Position numbers and translations under genes: made by a program
DNA from: an uncultured Gammaproteobacteria bacterium
GTDB lineage: Bacteria; Patescibacteriota; Patescibacteriia; Magasanikbacterales; UBA922
Length of the DNA stretch: 64,000 nucleotides
Assembly (NCBI GenBank): GCA_964418775.1
Contig: CAYQNA010000003.1
Coordinates: 7,307-71,306, forward strand
Direction: 5' to 3'
In this document: piece by piece, positions 56,161 to 64,000 of the stretch
Layout of the letters: each line of letters opens with the position of its first letter
How positions within the stretch are numbered: position 1 is the stretch's first letter
Notes under the pieces: generated by a model
Seen by the model: only the letters and a program-made list of their open reading frames with translations
What the model was told of the DNA's origin: nothing
The model's database searches: none

Positions 56161-57300
56161 TTACTCAAGCCAGGCACGAAGGCCGGACAGTTGGTGAGTC
56201 CAATTGAATTCAGCGCGCATGCGGGCCTGGCCAGCGCGGCCGAGTTGTTCGCAAAGTGCTGGGTCATGGAGCAAATTCACAATTGCCGCACTAATTTCGG
56301 CTTTTTGATTATACACATCGAAAATAAAACCGGTTTGATTGTGTTTAACACCCTCCTCCACCCCACCACTTTTACCCGCAATAACCGGCAGTCCAACGGC
56401 GGCGGCTTCCAAAAACACCAAACCAAGCCCTTCTTCTTGTCCATTATCCGGATGTGTGAGGAGGACAAAAATGTCTGCCAAATGATAGTACAAATTTAAA
56501 TCTACGTGCGCAACTTCGCCCACAAAGCGCACGGAATTTTGCAAGCCGTGTTTTTGAATTAGGTTTACGACTTCAGCAGTTTTGGGACCACTGCCCACAA
56601 TAATCCACACGGTGTTCGGGTCGTCTTTGAGCACAGTTTCCAAAATTGGAATCAGGTGTGGAAAACCTTTACCATCAACCAAACGCGCGACCGTAAGGAG
56701 CACACGCTTACCTTCGAGTGCGAACTTAGTGCGAACTCTTTCCAAATCAATTGATGCAGGCGGTGTGTAAAATAATTCATCAGGGCATGGGTAAATCACG
56801 CCAGATTTAGTTTGAAATTCAGGGACGCGGGCGAGGGCGCGCGACAAAAGCGACTGACTATTAAACACGACGGCGTCAGCACGGCGCAATACTTGGCGCA
56901 GACGCTTGGTTTTCCAATTCGTGCGCGTCGCGAGTGCAATGTCTGTGCCATGCGAGAACACGACAAATTTAACTTTGAGCAAACGCGCAGCGAGTTGGGC
57001 CACATACCCAACCGGCAACACATGATGAACCAAAATGCGTTCGACGTTTTCTTTTTTTACCAATTGTTTAACCTCGCGCCACAAACGCCACCAACGAGGC
57101 CACACAAATGCAGGATACAAAAATGGTGCACGAATGACACGGTACGTCTGAGCCTTGTCCCATTCTTCATTATCATGCGCGGGTGGAGCAAGGACAATTG
57201 TCTGTTCGGCTGGCAGCGCACTTGCGAGCGCGTGCACATACGTGGCAATCCCACCGACCTGTGGTGGATATTCAAGTGAAATTATAAGAGTTTTTTTCAT
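56161..57300 (-). CDS. Glycosyltransferase family 4
   Basis: EGLGLVFLEAAAVGLPVIAGKSGG (E-x7-E motif). Confidence 0.8.
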   Translation of the reverse strand: MKKTLIISLEYPPQVGGIATYVHALASALPAEQTIVLAPPAHDNEEWDKAQTYRVIRAPFLYPAFVWPRWWRLWREVKQLVKKENVERILVHHVLPVGYVAQLAARLLKVKFVVFSHGTDIALATRTNWKTKRLRQVLRRADAVVFNSQSLLSRALARVPEFQTKSGVIYPCPDELFYTPPASIDLERVRTKFALEGKRVLLTVARLVDGKGFPHLIPILETVLKDDPNTVWIIVGSGPKTAEVVNLIQKHGLQNSVRFVGEVAHVDLNLYYHLADIFVLLTHPDNGQEEGLGLVFLEAAAVGLPVIAGKSGGVEEGVKHNQTGFIFDVYNQKAEISAAIVNLLHDPALCEQLGRAGQARMRAEFNWTHQLSGLRAWLE

Positions 57301-58769
57301 ACAGTAGGCTGGGTTGGGCGACGGTACAATTTGCTAAATAATTGTTGCCAATGTGTTGGTGCAATCACGCGAAGCACGACAATAAAGAGCGCGTAAATCG
57401 CTGATCCAATGACACCCACGGCAATAAAATGCAATTGATTCCGCAAAATATAGAGCGCCGCTGACATGGCTACACCAGCAAAGATAATTTTTATGATGGC
57501 GAGTAAAATCGTACCGTGTTTAATCGCCGCGTCACGCGGCATCAGCATGTATCCACCTGCAGTCAAAACCACATTACCAATGAGCGTGGCCCACGCTGCG
57601 GCCACAGCGCCAAAATGCGGAATAAAATACCAATTCAAACCAGCGTTTATGACGAGCACAATACCGGTTAGCATAGTTTGACGGGTCTGACGGTTGCTCG
57701 CATTGAGCAAGGCCCCAACTGGGAACGAGGCAAAGGCCCACGCCAAACTAAGGCCCAAAATTTGCAACGGAACAATTGCACCGCGATACTCTTCGCCAAA
57801 CAAAAACAGAGTAAGTGGTTCGGCTAACCAATATAAACCTAATGTCACTGGCAGTGCAATGAGCGTCAAATACACAAAACTATCGGTAAACGCTTGCGCA
57901 CATTTAGCTTTGTTCGTTTGGTAAAATTCACTGAGGCGTGGATACAGAGCCGCGACCAATGCAAGTGGAATAAATTGAAACGCAAACGTGATTTTTGACG
58001 GTGTGCTGTACAGCGCAGTCGCGGCATTGCCCGCGAGACGGTTGAGCATGAGCACGTCGAGGTATGAATAAATGCGGTTAAAAATTGCGGCCAAAGCAAA
58101 TGGAATTACGGCAATTACCAAACTTTTAAAATGTGAGCCGGGCCAACGCCATTTGACCACCACACCGGCGCCACGCAATTGGTACCAGGCATACAGCGCG
58201 TTAGACATAGACGCGACCAAAAAACCAACCAACAAAAGCATGACCGGACCGCGCCACAGCCACAGAGCCGCGCCACCAATTACAAGCGTAATGAATTGAC
58301 TCGCAACCATACCAACCGCTTCATACTTTAATTCCCCGCGCACACGCAGCGCGCCATACAATGTTAGGTGCAGCGAATCAAACAACATTGTGAGGCCAGA
58401 CACTGCAGTTAGCAGCAAAAATTCCGGTCCAAACCCAGACCAATGTACGGCGAGCAATAAACCAACATATGAGAGTAGGCCAGTTACCAACTTTACGGTG
58501 AGCATATTGCCCAATGCAACCGGTAGCCGGCTTGGGTCACGGGCCGTGTCACGAATAAACACGTTTGTCAGTCCCAAATCTACAAACACTACAGCAATCG
58601 TTGTTGTGGCGAGCACTGACGTATACAAACCAGTTTGTTCTGGTCCGAGCAGACGCGCGACTAATGCAAAATACACGAGCGAAATCACCTTTTGCCCAAT
58701 CGAAGCCGCGAGCATAAAGCTCGTGTTTTTGAACAGTGAAGCCATAGAAATATGGCTTAATAATACCAT
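57297..58769 (-). CDS. MOP-superfamily polysaccharide flippase (Wzx-like)
   Basis: 12-14 TM, polysaccharide biosynthesis protein pattern; start set at MVLLSHIS (58769) because upstream extension runs through a terminator and the GC-rich insert. Confidence 0.6.
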   Translation of the reverse strand: MVLLSHISMASLFKNTSFMLAASIGQKVISLVYFALVARLLGPEQTGLYTSVLATTTIAVVFVDLGLTNVFIRDTARDPSRLPVALGNMLTVKLVTGLLSYVGLLLAVHWSGFGPEFLLLTAVSGLTMLFDSLHLTLYGALRVRGELKYEAVGMVASQFITLVIGGAALWLWRGPVMLLLVGFLVASMSNALYAWYQLRGAGVVVKWRWPGSHFKSLVIAVIPFALAAIFNRIYSYLDVLMLNRLAGNAATALYSTPSKITFAFQFIPLALVAALYPRLSEFYQTNKAKCAQAFTDSFVYLTLIALPVTLGLYWLAEPLTLFLFGEEYRGAIVPLQILGLSLAWAFASFPVGALLNASNRQTRQTMLTGIVLVINAGLNWYFIPHFGAVAAAWATLIGNVVLTAGGYMLMPRDAAIKHGTILLAIIKIIFAGVAMSAALYILRNQLHFIAVGVIGSAIYALFIVVLRVIAPTHWQQLFSKLYRRPTQPTV

Positions 58770-58800
58770 CAATCCCCTGCCCTGTACATAATATAAACTA

Positions 58801-58834
58801 AAAACAAAAACAACTCTTGGTAAGAGTTGCTTTT
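58801..58834. terminator. Terminator CAACTCTT-GGTA-AGAGTTG with U-run on minus strand (ends 2OG-oxygenase transcript)
   Basis: Seen in sequence. Confidence 0.5.
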
Positions 58835-58927
58835 GACTGACTCCGACGGGCTGCGGTGGTTCCCAAAGGAGCCAGCGGCGTATGCCGTCGGAGATGCGCG
58901 CGAAGCGCCGTCCTCCTGTTGCTGATG

Positions 58928-60031
58928 TCAAATCAGCGCCGTCATGTCCCCGTCGGTGATGGGGATGAGCTCATCGCCCGCGACCTCGCGGGTGGCGAGA
59001 CCAATGTCGATGAGGACCTCCCAGCTGCGCGTGCCCGCGAGCGTGGGCGGATACCTCTGTGACACATTGTCATGGTCCACGGGCGCCTCCTCCATGACGC
59101 CCATGACCGCGTCGGTATGCAGATGCAGGAAGAGCGAACGTGCAACACGGAACGGCGAACGTCCATCCGCCACTGCCCCGATCACGGAGTTCGCCGCTCG
59201 CTGCGTGCACGAGACCTCGTGGTACCCCGCGAGAAAGTACCCACCGGTCACGTACTCGAGTTGCTGTCCGACCTGCACCAGGAAGCACCCGGGCGGGATC
59301 GAGACCTCGAGCTTGGTGCCGTCCCGAAGCCAGATCACCAACCCCGGGAACGTCGAGCGGTCGTGCGCCGTCAGGAACCCGAAGTCGTTGTGGCAGGCGT
59401 TGATGACGTCGCCCACCTTCAACGTGCTCAGGTCAATGGCGTTGAGGGCCAGGATCGTTGCACCGTCGATGAGTCGATGCGTGAGCCGTCCCGCCTTGAG
59501 CCCGAGCCCCCGCTCCACCAGCATCGTGCAGGTGAGAGAGGTGTTGATGAGCACCTGAGCCTGCCGGTCCATGAGGGACGGCCACAGGTCGGTGAACACG
59601 GCCGGCACGACCTGTTCCTCGCGCTTGTTCAGCTTGGGGAACCGCGTCTTGGCCGGCTGCGTACCCGCGCGCCACATGAACCGCATCTTGGGATCCGCGA
59701 ATCCGGCGGGGCACACGGTCGGGTAGTTCTCAGGGTTGAGCGTCCGGAGGAACTCCGCGCACTCGACCGCCTTCTCGACGCCCGGGGGCGTCAGTCCGAC
59801 CTGGTACCCGAGCTCCTCACGCACATCTGACGCCAGGAGCTCCCACGGCTGCGCGAAGTACTGCTGAGCCATGGTCCGGACCTGCACGTCCTCGCCAGAC
59901 GTGAGAACGCGCGGATCCCGCACGATGACCGCACCGAACCGGTGCAGGGCATCGACGAGCGTGCGCGCCGTGTCTAGGTCATCCTCACCCGCCAACGTGC
60001 TGGTGAGGTCGATGATGGGAAGATCCTTCAT
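58928..60031 (-). CDS. 2OG-Fe(II) oxygenase family protein (isopenicillin N synthase-like); GC-rich (~63%) outlier
   Basis: N-terminal DIOX_N-like LPIIDLTS...FGAVIVRDPRV, H-x-D (CHNDFG) iron-binding motif; GAGGTG SD before MKDLPI start; many overlapping GC-artefact ORFs. Confidence 0.65.
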   Translation of the reverse strand: MKDLPIIDLTSTLAGEDDLDTARTLVDALHRFGAVIVRDPRVLTSGEDVQVRTMAQQYFAQPWELLASDVREELGYQVGLTPPGVEKAVECAEFLRTLNPENYPTVCPAGFADPKMRFMWRAGTQPAKTRFPKLNKREEQVVPAVFTDLWPSLMDRQAQVLINTSLTCTMLVERGLGLKAGRLTHRLIDGATILALNAIDLSTLKVGDVINACHNDFGFLTAHDRSTFPGLVIWLRDGTKLEVSIPPGCFLVQVGQQLEYVTGGYFLAGYHEVSCTQRAANSVIGAVADGRSPFRVARSLFLHLHTDAVMGVMEEAPVDHDNVSQRYPPTLAGTRSWEVLIDIGLATREVAGDELIPITDGDMTALI

Positions 60032-60110
60032 TGTCACCTCTTGCGCTTGAGACCACTGCGGTCTGGCTTTTAAATACCATAAACAAGCCAAAAACGCAAC
60101 TAAAAAAATT

Positions 60111-60148
60111 TGAAAACAAAAAATCCCCCACCACATGGGCGAGGGATT
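60111..60148. terminator. Terminator AATCCC-N16-GGGATT + U-run on minus strand downstream of rpsI
   Basis: Seen in sequence. Confidence 0.5.
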
Positions 60149-60169
60149 CTTGATTTTGAAAATTGCGGA

Positions 60170-60580
60170 TTAACGCTTTCTCCACTGGTGACCACGGCGA
60201 GCTTTGCGCTTACCTGGCTTCTTACGTTCCTTGGCACGAGCGTCGCGTGTCAAGTAACCTTCGGCGCGGAGCACTGGGCGGAGGTCTTCGTTCCACTTGG
60301 TCAAAGCGCGAGCAATACCATGGCGAGCAGCCACAGCCTGGGCGTGAACGCCACCACCGCTAACTTTGATACTAATGTCGAGCTGACCTTCGCGGCCGGC
60401 GAGCTTAAGTGGAGCAACCACTTTTTCGCGCCAGAGTGCGACTGGGAAGTACGCTTCGAGCGTCTTGCCGTTTACTGTAATTGTACCATTACCTGGGGCC
60501 ATTTGAACGCGGGCAGCCGCGGTTTTGCGGCGACCAACAGCGCGTTCTGCGCCACCAGTTGTTTTTGCTTTAGTAGCCAT
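60170..60580 (-). CDS. rpsI: 30S ribosomal protein S9
   Basis: S9 signature GGG..QA.A..HGIARAL, basic C-terminus. Confidence 0.9.
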   Translation of the reverse strand: MATKAKTTGGAERAVGRRKTAAARVQMAPGNGTITVNGKTLEAYFPVALWREKVVAPLKLAGREGQLDISIKVSGGGVHAQAVAARHGIARALTKWNEDLRPVLRAEGYLTRDARAKERKKPGKRKARRGHQWRKR

Positions 60581-60591
60581 AAATATTCAGA

Positions 60592-60957
60592 TTAGGCTTC
60601 GATAGTCAAGCGGTTCATAAGGTCACTGCGACGGCGGTTTTTTGGCAACATGCCATTAACAGCGTGACGCATAACCTCGGCTGGACTCTGCTTGAAGACT
60701 TTGGCCATGGCCACGGTTTTCAAACCACCAGGATGCATGGTGTGGTGTTTAAAATCTTTCTGGGCTAATTTTTTACCCGTAAAGATTACCTTGCCAGCGT
60801 TTTTTACAACCACTGACACGTTTGGGTCAAGGTGAGGCACCATGCCTGGCTTATCCTTGCCCATGAGTGCCATGGCGATCTGAGTTGACACACGACCTAC
60901 GGCCTGACCAGCCGCGTCGATTTCCACAGTGCGTGGAGCGGGATTAGTTAATGCCAT
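60592..60957 (-). CDS. rplM: 50S ribosomal protein L13
   Basis: IDAAGQAVGRVSTQIA...GK motif; start at MALTNP (track ORF extends upstream). Confidence 0.9.
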   Translation of the reverse strand: MALTNPAPRTVEIDAAGQAVGRVSTQIAMALMGKDKPGMVPHLDPNVSVVVKNAGKVIFTGKKLAQKDFKHHTMHPGGLKTVAMAKVFKQSPAEVMRHAVNGMLPKNRRRSDLMNRLTIEA

Positions 60958-60961
60958 AGGA

Positions 60962-61312
60962 TTAGACAAACTCAATTCTGACCATTTCCGCACTGTCGTT
61001 GCGACGGCGGCCGATCTTAATAATGCGAGTATAACCACCGGCGCGGGTTGTGTAACGTGGCGCAATGTCGGTGAGCAAGCGGTGCATGGCATCGCTGGTG
61101 TACAACACTTTGGTGATTTGTTCGCGGTCACTTGGTTGATTGCGCTTGGCTTTGGTAACCAATGGCTCTACAACCGAGCGAACAGCTTTGGCCTTGGCTT
61201 TGGTAGTATTAATACCATCGTGCAAAACCAAACTTTCGGCCAAGCTGCGCAACAGCGCTTTGCGTGGACCAGCCTCGCGGCCTAATTTTACAGATTTTTT
61301 CTGATGTCTCAT
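60962..61312 (-). CDS. rplQ: 50S ribosomal protein L17
   Basis: MRHQKKSVKLGR...TTKAKAKA. Confidence 0.9.
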   Translation of the reverse strand: MRHQKKSVKLGREAGPRKALLRSLAESLVLHDGINTTKAKAKAVRSVVEPLVTKAKRNQPSDREQITKVLYTSDAMHRLLTDIAPRYTTRAGGYTRIIKIGRRRNDSAEMVRIEFV

Positions 61313-61325
61313 AACAGGTCAAAAC

Positions 61326-62033
61326 TTACGCCTCTTTAGAGGTTTCAGACGCTTCAAGAATAATACTGAAGTGGTTCATCAGGATCTTAGTCGTTTCACG
61401 CACTGCTTCGCGAGGCATGATCGTACCATTGGTTTCAATGGTGAGCGTCAATTTTTCGTAGTCAGTAATATCGCCAACGCGGGTGTTTTCCACATCGTAG
61501 CCAACATCCTTAACCGGGGAGTAGAAGGAGTCTACGAGCATGGTGCCCAAGTCGAGATTCTTACTGTTCTTTTCCGCAGCTGGGATATAGCCCAAGCCGC
61601 GACCTACGATAACTTCCATGGAGAAAGTTTTCTTCGCGTCAGTAACAGTTGCCAAAACGGCGTCCTGATTAATAATTTCCACATCAGCGTTCTTTTCAAA
61701 ATCAGCCGCAGTGACTGGGCCAAGACCCTTTTTAGTCAATGTCAGCTTTACTGGCGCGTCGCTGTGGGACACAACGGCCAACTGCTTCAAGTTCAACAAA
61801 ATATCAATGACATCTTCCTGCACACCGTCAATGCCAGCAAATTCATGCTGCACACCCTCGATCTTCACAGCTTCAACCGCTGCGCCTGGGATGGAGGACA
61901 AGAGCACGCGGCGGAGCGCATTGCCCAAAGTTGTACCATAGCCCTGGTGACATGGAGTCACTACCAACTTACCAACCAATGGATTTTCAGTTGTCTGAAA
62001 CTCGATCGTGGACGGAATGAGAATGTGTTCCAT
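61326..62033 (-). CDS. rpoA: DNA-directed RNA polymerase alpha subunit, N-terminal domain only (no alpha-CTD)
   Basis: Alpha NTD motifs (GYGTTLGNALRRVLLSSIPG, EVIVGRGLGY); ends ~235 aa at ...TKILMNHFSIILEAS with stop 14 nt before rplQ. Confidence 0.85.
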   Translation of the reverse strand: MEHILIPSTIEFQTTENPLVGKLVVTPCHQGYGTTLGNALRRVLLSSIPGAAVEAVKIEGVQHEFAGIDGVQEDVIDILLNLKQLAVVSHSDAPVKLTLTKKGLGPVTAADFEKNADVEIINQDAVLATVTDAKKTFSMEVIVGRGLGYIPAAEKNSKNLDLGTMLVDSFYSPVKDVGYDVENTRVGDITDYEKLTLTIETNGTIMPREAVRETTKILMNHFSIILEASETSKEA

Positions 62034-62034
62034 A

Positions 62035-62658
62035 TTAGCGGGTAGAGAAATACTCAATAATAAGGGTAACGTCAAAAAGTTTCTCAAAGTCGTCCTTCTG
62101 TGGTTCACTCAAAACTTTACCAGACAGGGCGGCAGAATCATTGGACACCCATGATGGAAGGGTGGCTTTTTCTAATTTCTCGGACATGCCTTCGAACAAC
62201 TTGCTCTTGGCCTTGGTTGGCTTAACGGTTACGACATCGCCCGGCTTAACCAAGTGCGAAGCCACGTCGAGTTTCTTGCCATTCAAGAAGAACATGCCGT
62301 GAGTCACCATTTGGCGAGCTTGGGCGCGAGTAAGAGCAAAACCCATACGGTACACCACGTTGTCGAGACGCATTTCGAGGGCCTGTTGCAAGTGAACACC
62401 AGAGTCACCCTTTACGCGAGTGGCTTCGTCAACATAGCGACGGAGCTGGCGTTCGCGGATACCATAAATATACTTGGCTTTTTGTTTTTCCAAAAGTTGC
62501 TTACCAAAACTCGATGGTGCCTTAACACGCTTGCCAGGACCATGGACGCCAGGCTGCTGATTCAAACGGCGGGCAACCTTGGCTGGATTACTCTTGAGGC
62601 CAAGATTAACGCCAAAGCGGCGGGCGATTTTATTACGTGGACCAGTAAATCTTCCCAT
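62035..62658 (-). CDS. rpsD: 30S ribosomal protein S4
   Basis: MGRFTGPRNKIARRFG, S4 domain. Confidence 0.9.
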   Translation of the reverse strand: MGRFTGPRNKIARRFGVNLGLKSNPAKVARRLNQQPGVHGPGKRVKAPSSFGKQLLEKQKAKYIYGIRERQLRRYVDEATRVKGDSGVHLQQALEMRLDNVVYRMGFALTRAQARQMVTHGMFFLNGKKLDVASHLVKPGDVVTVKPTKAKSKLFEGMSEKLEKATLPSWVSNDSAALSGKVLSEPQKDDFEKLFDVTLIIEYFSTR

Positions 62659-62681
62659 ATCAGAACAAAATAGTTACCAAA

Positions 62682-63071
62682 TTAGACGCGACGGCGCTTT
62701 GGTGGACGGCAGCCATTGTGTGGCATTGGGGTCATATCTTTTACCCCGAGCACCTGCACACCATTGGTGTTAAAAGCGCGGATAGCGGCTTCGCGACCAC
62801 CACCAATACCCTTAACAAACACAGTTACTTCTTTGAGGCCTGCGTCTTTGATAGACTCCAGCACCTTCTTGACCACCATACCAGCAGCGTATGGAGTGGC
62901 CTTTTTGGCGCCTTTAAAACCAGCGCCACCAGCACTTGCCCAACCCATTACATCACCGTTCTGGTCAGTCAACGTCACAATTGTGTTATTGAAAGTAGCC
63001 TGAACATAGGCGCGTCCATGAGCAACAAGTTTAAGGACTTTCTTCTTTTTTACAACTTTCTTTTCAGCCAT
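62682..63071 (-). CDS. rpsK: 30S ribosomal protein S11
   Basis: Typical S11 sequence (FNNTIVTLTD..GDV..WASAG). Confidence 0.9.
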   Translation of the reverse strand: MAEKKVVKKKKVLKLVAHGRAYVQATFNNTIVTLTDQNGDVMGWASAGGAGFKGAKKATPYAAGMVVKKVLESIKDAGLKEVTVFVKGIGGGREAAIRAFNTNGVQVLGVKDMTPMPHNGCRPPKRRRV

Positions 63072-63091
63072 ATAATGCAGTTAAATCAAGA

Positions 63092-63478
63092 CTAGGTCTT
63101 CTGAGCCGCTGGCTTCTTGCCACTGGCTGCCAAGTTACGCTTGTTACCGCGTACGGTACGAGAATTTGTTTTGGTACGCTGGCCACGAACTGGCAAATGA
63201 CGCATGTGACGGACACCACGGTAAGCCTTGATATCCTTGAGGCGCTTAATGTTGGCCTGCACTTGGCGACGGAGGTCACCCTCGGTGGTGTGTTGCTTTT
63301 CAACAATTGTGCGGACCATGTCCTGCTCGTCCTGAGTCAACTCGCTCACACGCTTGGTCAACGGGAGTTTAGCTGCAGCTACGATTTTAGCAGCAGTGGT
63401 TGGACCAATCCCGTAAATATACTCGAGCGCAATTACGAGACGCTTCTCCTTTGGAATAGTTACACCGGCAATACGCAT
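63092..63478 (-). CDS. rpsM: 30S ribosomal protein S13
   Basis: MRIAGVTIP..YIYGIG. Confidence 0.9.
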   Translation of the reverse strand: MRIAGVTIPKEKRLVIALEYIYGIGPTTAAKIVAAAKLPLTKRVSELTQDEQDMVRTIVEKQHTTEGDLRRQVQANIKRLKDIKAYRGVRHMRHLPVRGQRTKTNSRTVRGNKRNLAASGKKPAAQKT

Positions 63479-63489
63479 ACTGAATAATA

Positions 63490-63627
63490 TTAAGCGGCTT
63501 TAATGCGCTGTTTAGTACCCTGACGCTGTTTGTGGCGTGGAGTTTCGCAGATAATGTGAACTACCTGGCGACGACGCACCACTTTGCACTTATTGCAACG
63601 AGGTTTAACTGAGGCTGTCACTTTCAT
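63490..63627 (-). CDS. rpmJ: 50S ribosomal protein L36 (45 aa, below ORF-track cutoff)
   Basis: Translates to [37 protein letters not shown]...; C-x2-C...C...H zinc ribbon. Confidence 0.8.
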   Translation of the reverse strand: MKVTASVKPRCNKCKVVRRRQVVHIICETPRHKQRQGTKQRIKAA

Positions 63628-63778
63628 ACTGTAATAAAATTCCCAAATTTTAAATTACTAAATTCCCCTATAAACAAAAAAATTCAACCACTGCCGCGAT
63701 ATCATAGCTAATATTTGACCCTGCCCTTTTAAAGGCCGCTAGTCATTAGCTCCACCGCACTGGTTGATTTATTGAGTT

Positions 63779-63994
63779 TTAGAAACGGTAGGTCACGCGA
63801 CCTTTGGTCAAGTCGTAGGGCGAAAGCTCTACTTTGACCTCATCCCCAATACTCAAACGAATATTGTGGACGCGCATTTTCCCTGATAAGTGGGCAATGA
63901 CCACTAGCTCATTTTCCAAAATTACCCTAAATTTTGCTCCGGGTAGAACCTCATCGATTTTACCACGGACCTCCAAAACGCTGTCTTTAGGCAT
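63779..63994 (-). CDS. infA: Translation initiation factor IF-1
   Basis: S1-like OB fold sequence typical of IF-1. Confidence 0.9.
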   Translation of the reverse strand: MPKDSVLEVRGKIDEVLPGAKFRVILENELVVIAHLSGKMRVHNIRLSIGDEVKVELSPYDLTKGRVTYRF

Positions 63995-64000
63995 GAGAGA

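Noticed and set aside
58856-59830. Multiple overlapping ORFs on both strands (58944-59558 +, 59072-59830 +, 59433-59714 -, and others) over the 2OG-oxygenase gene
   Set aside because: Same GC artefact. Only the minus-strand 58928-60136 frame shows 2OG-oxygenase motifs, and the true start is at MKDLPI (60031).
1-64000. CRISPR arrays, rRNA genes, integrase/transposase genes
   Set aside because: No direct-repeat/spacer periodicity, rRNA-like conserved stretches or recombinase motifs were seen on either strand. The accessory islands here have no recognisable mobility gene in the window.

Overview
The window is mostly conserved bacterial housekeeping genes, interrupted by several GC-rich islands and one tRNA-flanked accessory island; those islands, a tRNA gene split by a group I intron, and a clean SOS module are the main second-look items. 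All calls are from reading the sequence and ORF translations; no searches were run, so family assignments rest on recognisable motifs. Coordinates derived by hand-indexing bases (tRNAs, operator and promoter sites, hairpins) may be off by 1-2 nt; CDS coordinates follow the ORF track.

The fragment is about 47-50% GC, gene-dense and mostly on the minus strand. Several features (small proteins, tRNAs with U1-A72, a tRNA gene split by a group I intron, RpoA without its C-terminal domain, a FemAB gene in the cell-wall cluster) are compatible with a reduced-genome lineage such as Patescibacteria/CPR, but this cannot be proven from the window.

Conserved content, in order:
- The end of a dcw-like cell-wall cluster: MurF (runs off the 5' edge), a DegT-family aminotransferase, a FemAB-family protein and an FtsQ-like protein.
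- An SOS module: lexA-dinB with a GAAC-N4-GTTC LexA box, flanked by two small DEDDh exonucleases.
- M23 peptidase, GltX, a TrmH-family methyltransferase, a DUF305 metal-related cluster and TagA/WecG.
- clpB behind a consensus sigma-70 promoter plus a perfect CIRCE (HrcA) operator.
- A complete suf Fe-S assembly locus (sufB-sufD ... sufS-sufU-sufC-SufT-ferredoxin) plus a NifS-like desulfurase.
- An ECF sigma / anti-sigma pair, a heterodimeric ABC exporter, GreA, a split OatA-like O-acetylation set (GDSL + AT3), FtsEX, a PrsA-like PPIase, FtsB-like, GT4 + Wzx flippase.
- The ribosomal alpha-operon end (infA-rpmJ-rpsM-rpsK-rpsD-rpoA-rplQ) and rplM-rpsI.

Five tRNA genes are present. One, a tRNA-Asn-like gene, is split by a roughly 340-nt group I intron carrying the conserved R/S (P7) core elements.

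The most unusual content is a set of compositionally distinct (about 60-65% GC) islands:
- About 1.2 kb inserted between sufB and the nifS-like gene. It is driven by a consensus promoter and encodes four tiny proteins (two Cys4 zinc ribbons, one single-TM peptide). It contains two copies of a 66-nt structured repeat that show compensatory base changes.
- A roughly 200-nt, highly structured GC-rich locus with its own promoter, Shine-Dalgarno site, 38-codon ORF and terminator.
- A GC-rich MOSC-domain gene with a long structured 3' region.
- A GC-rich 2OG-Fe(II) oxygenase gene wedged between the rpsI operon and the flippase gene.

Separately, a tRNA-flanked island (tRNA-Thr ... tRNA-Asn) carries a P-loop nucleotide-kinase-like gene plus two tandem paralogous proteins of unknown family. 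A bacterial SET-domain gene sits between the intron-containing tRNA and tRNA-Gln.
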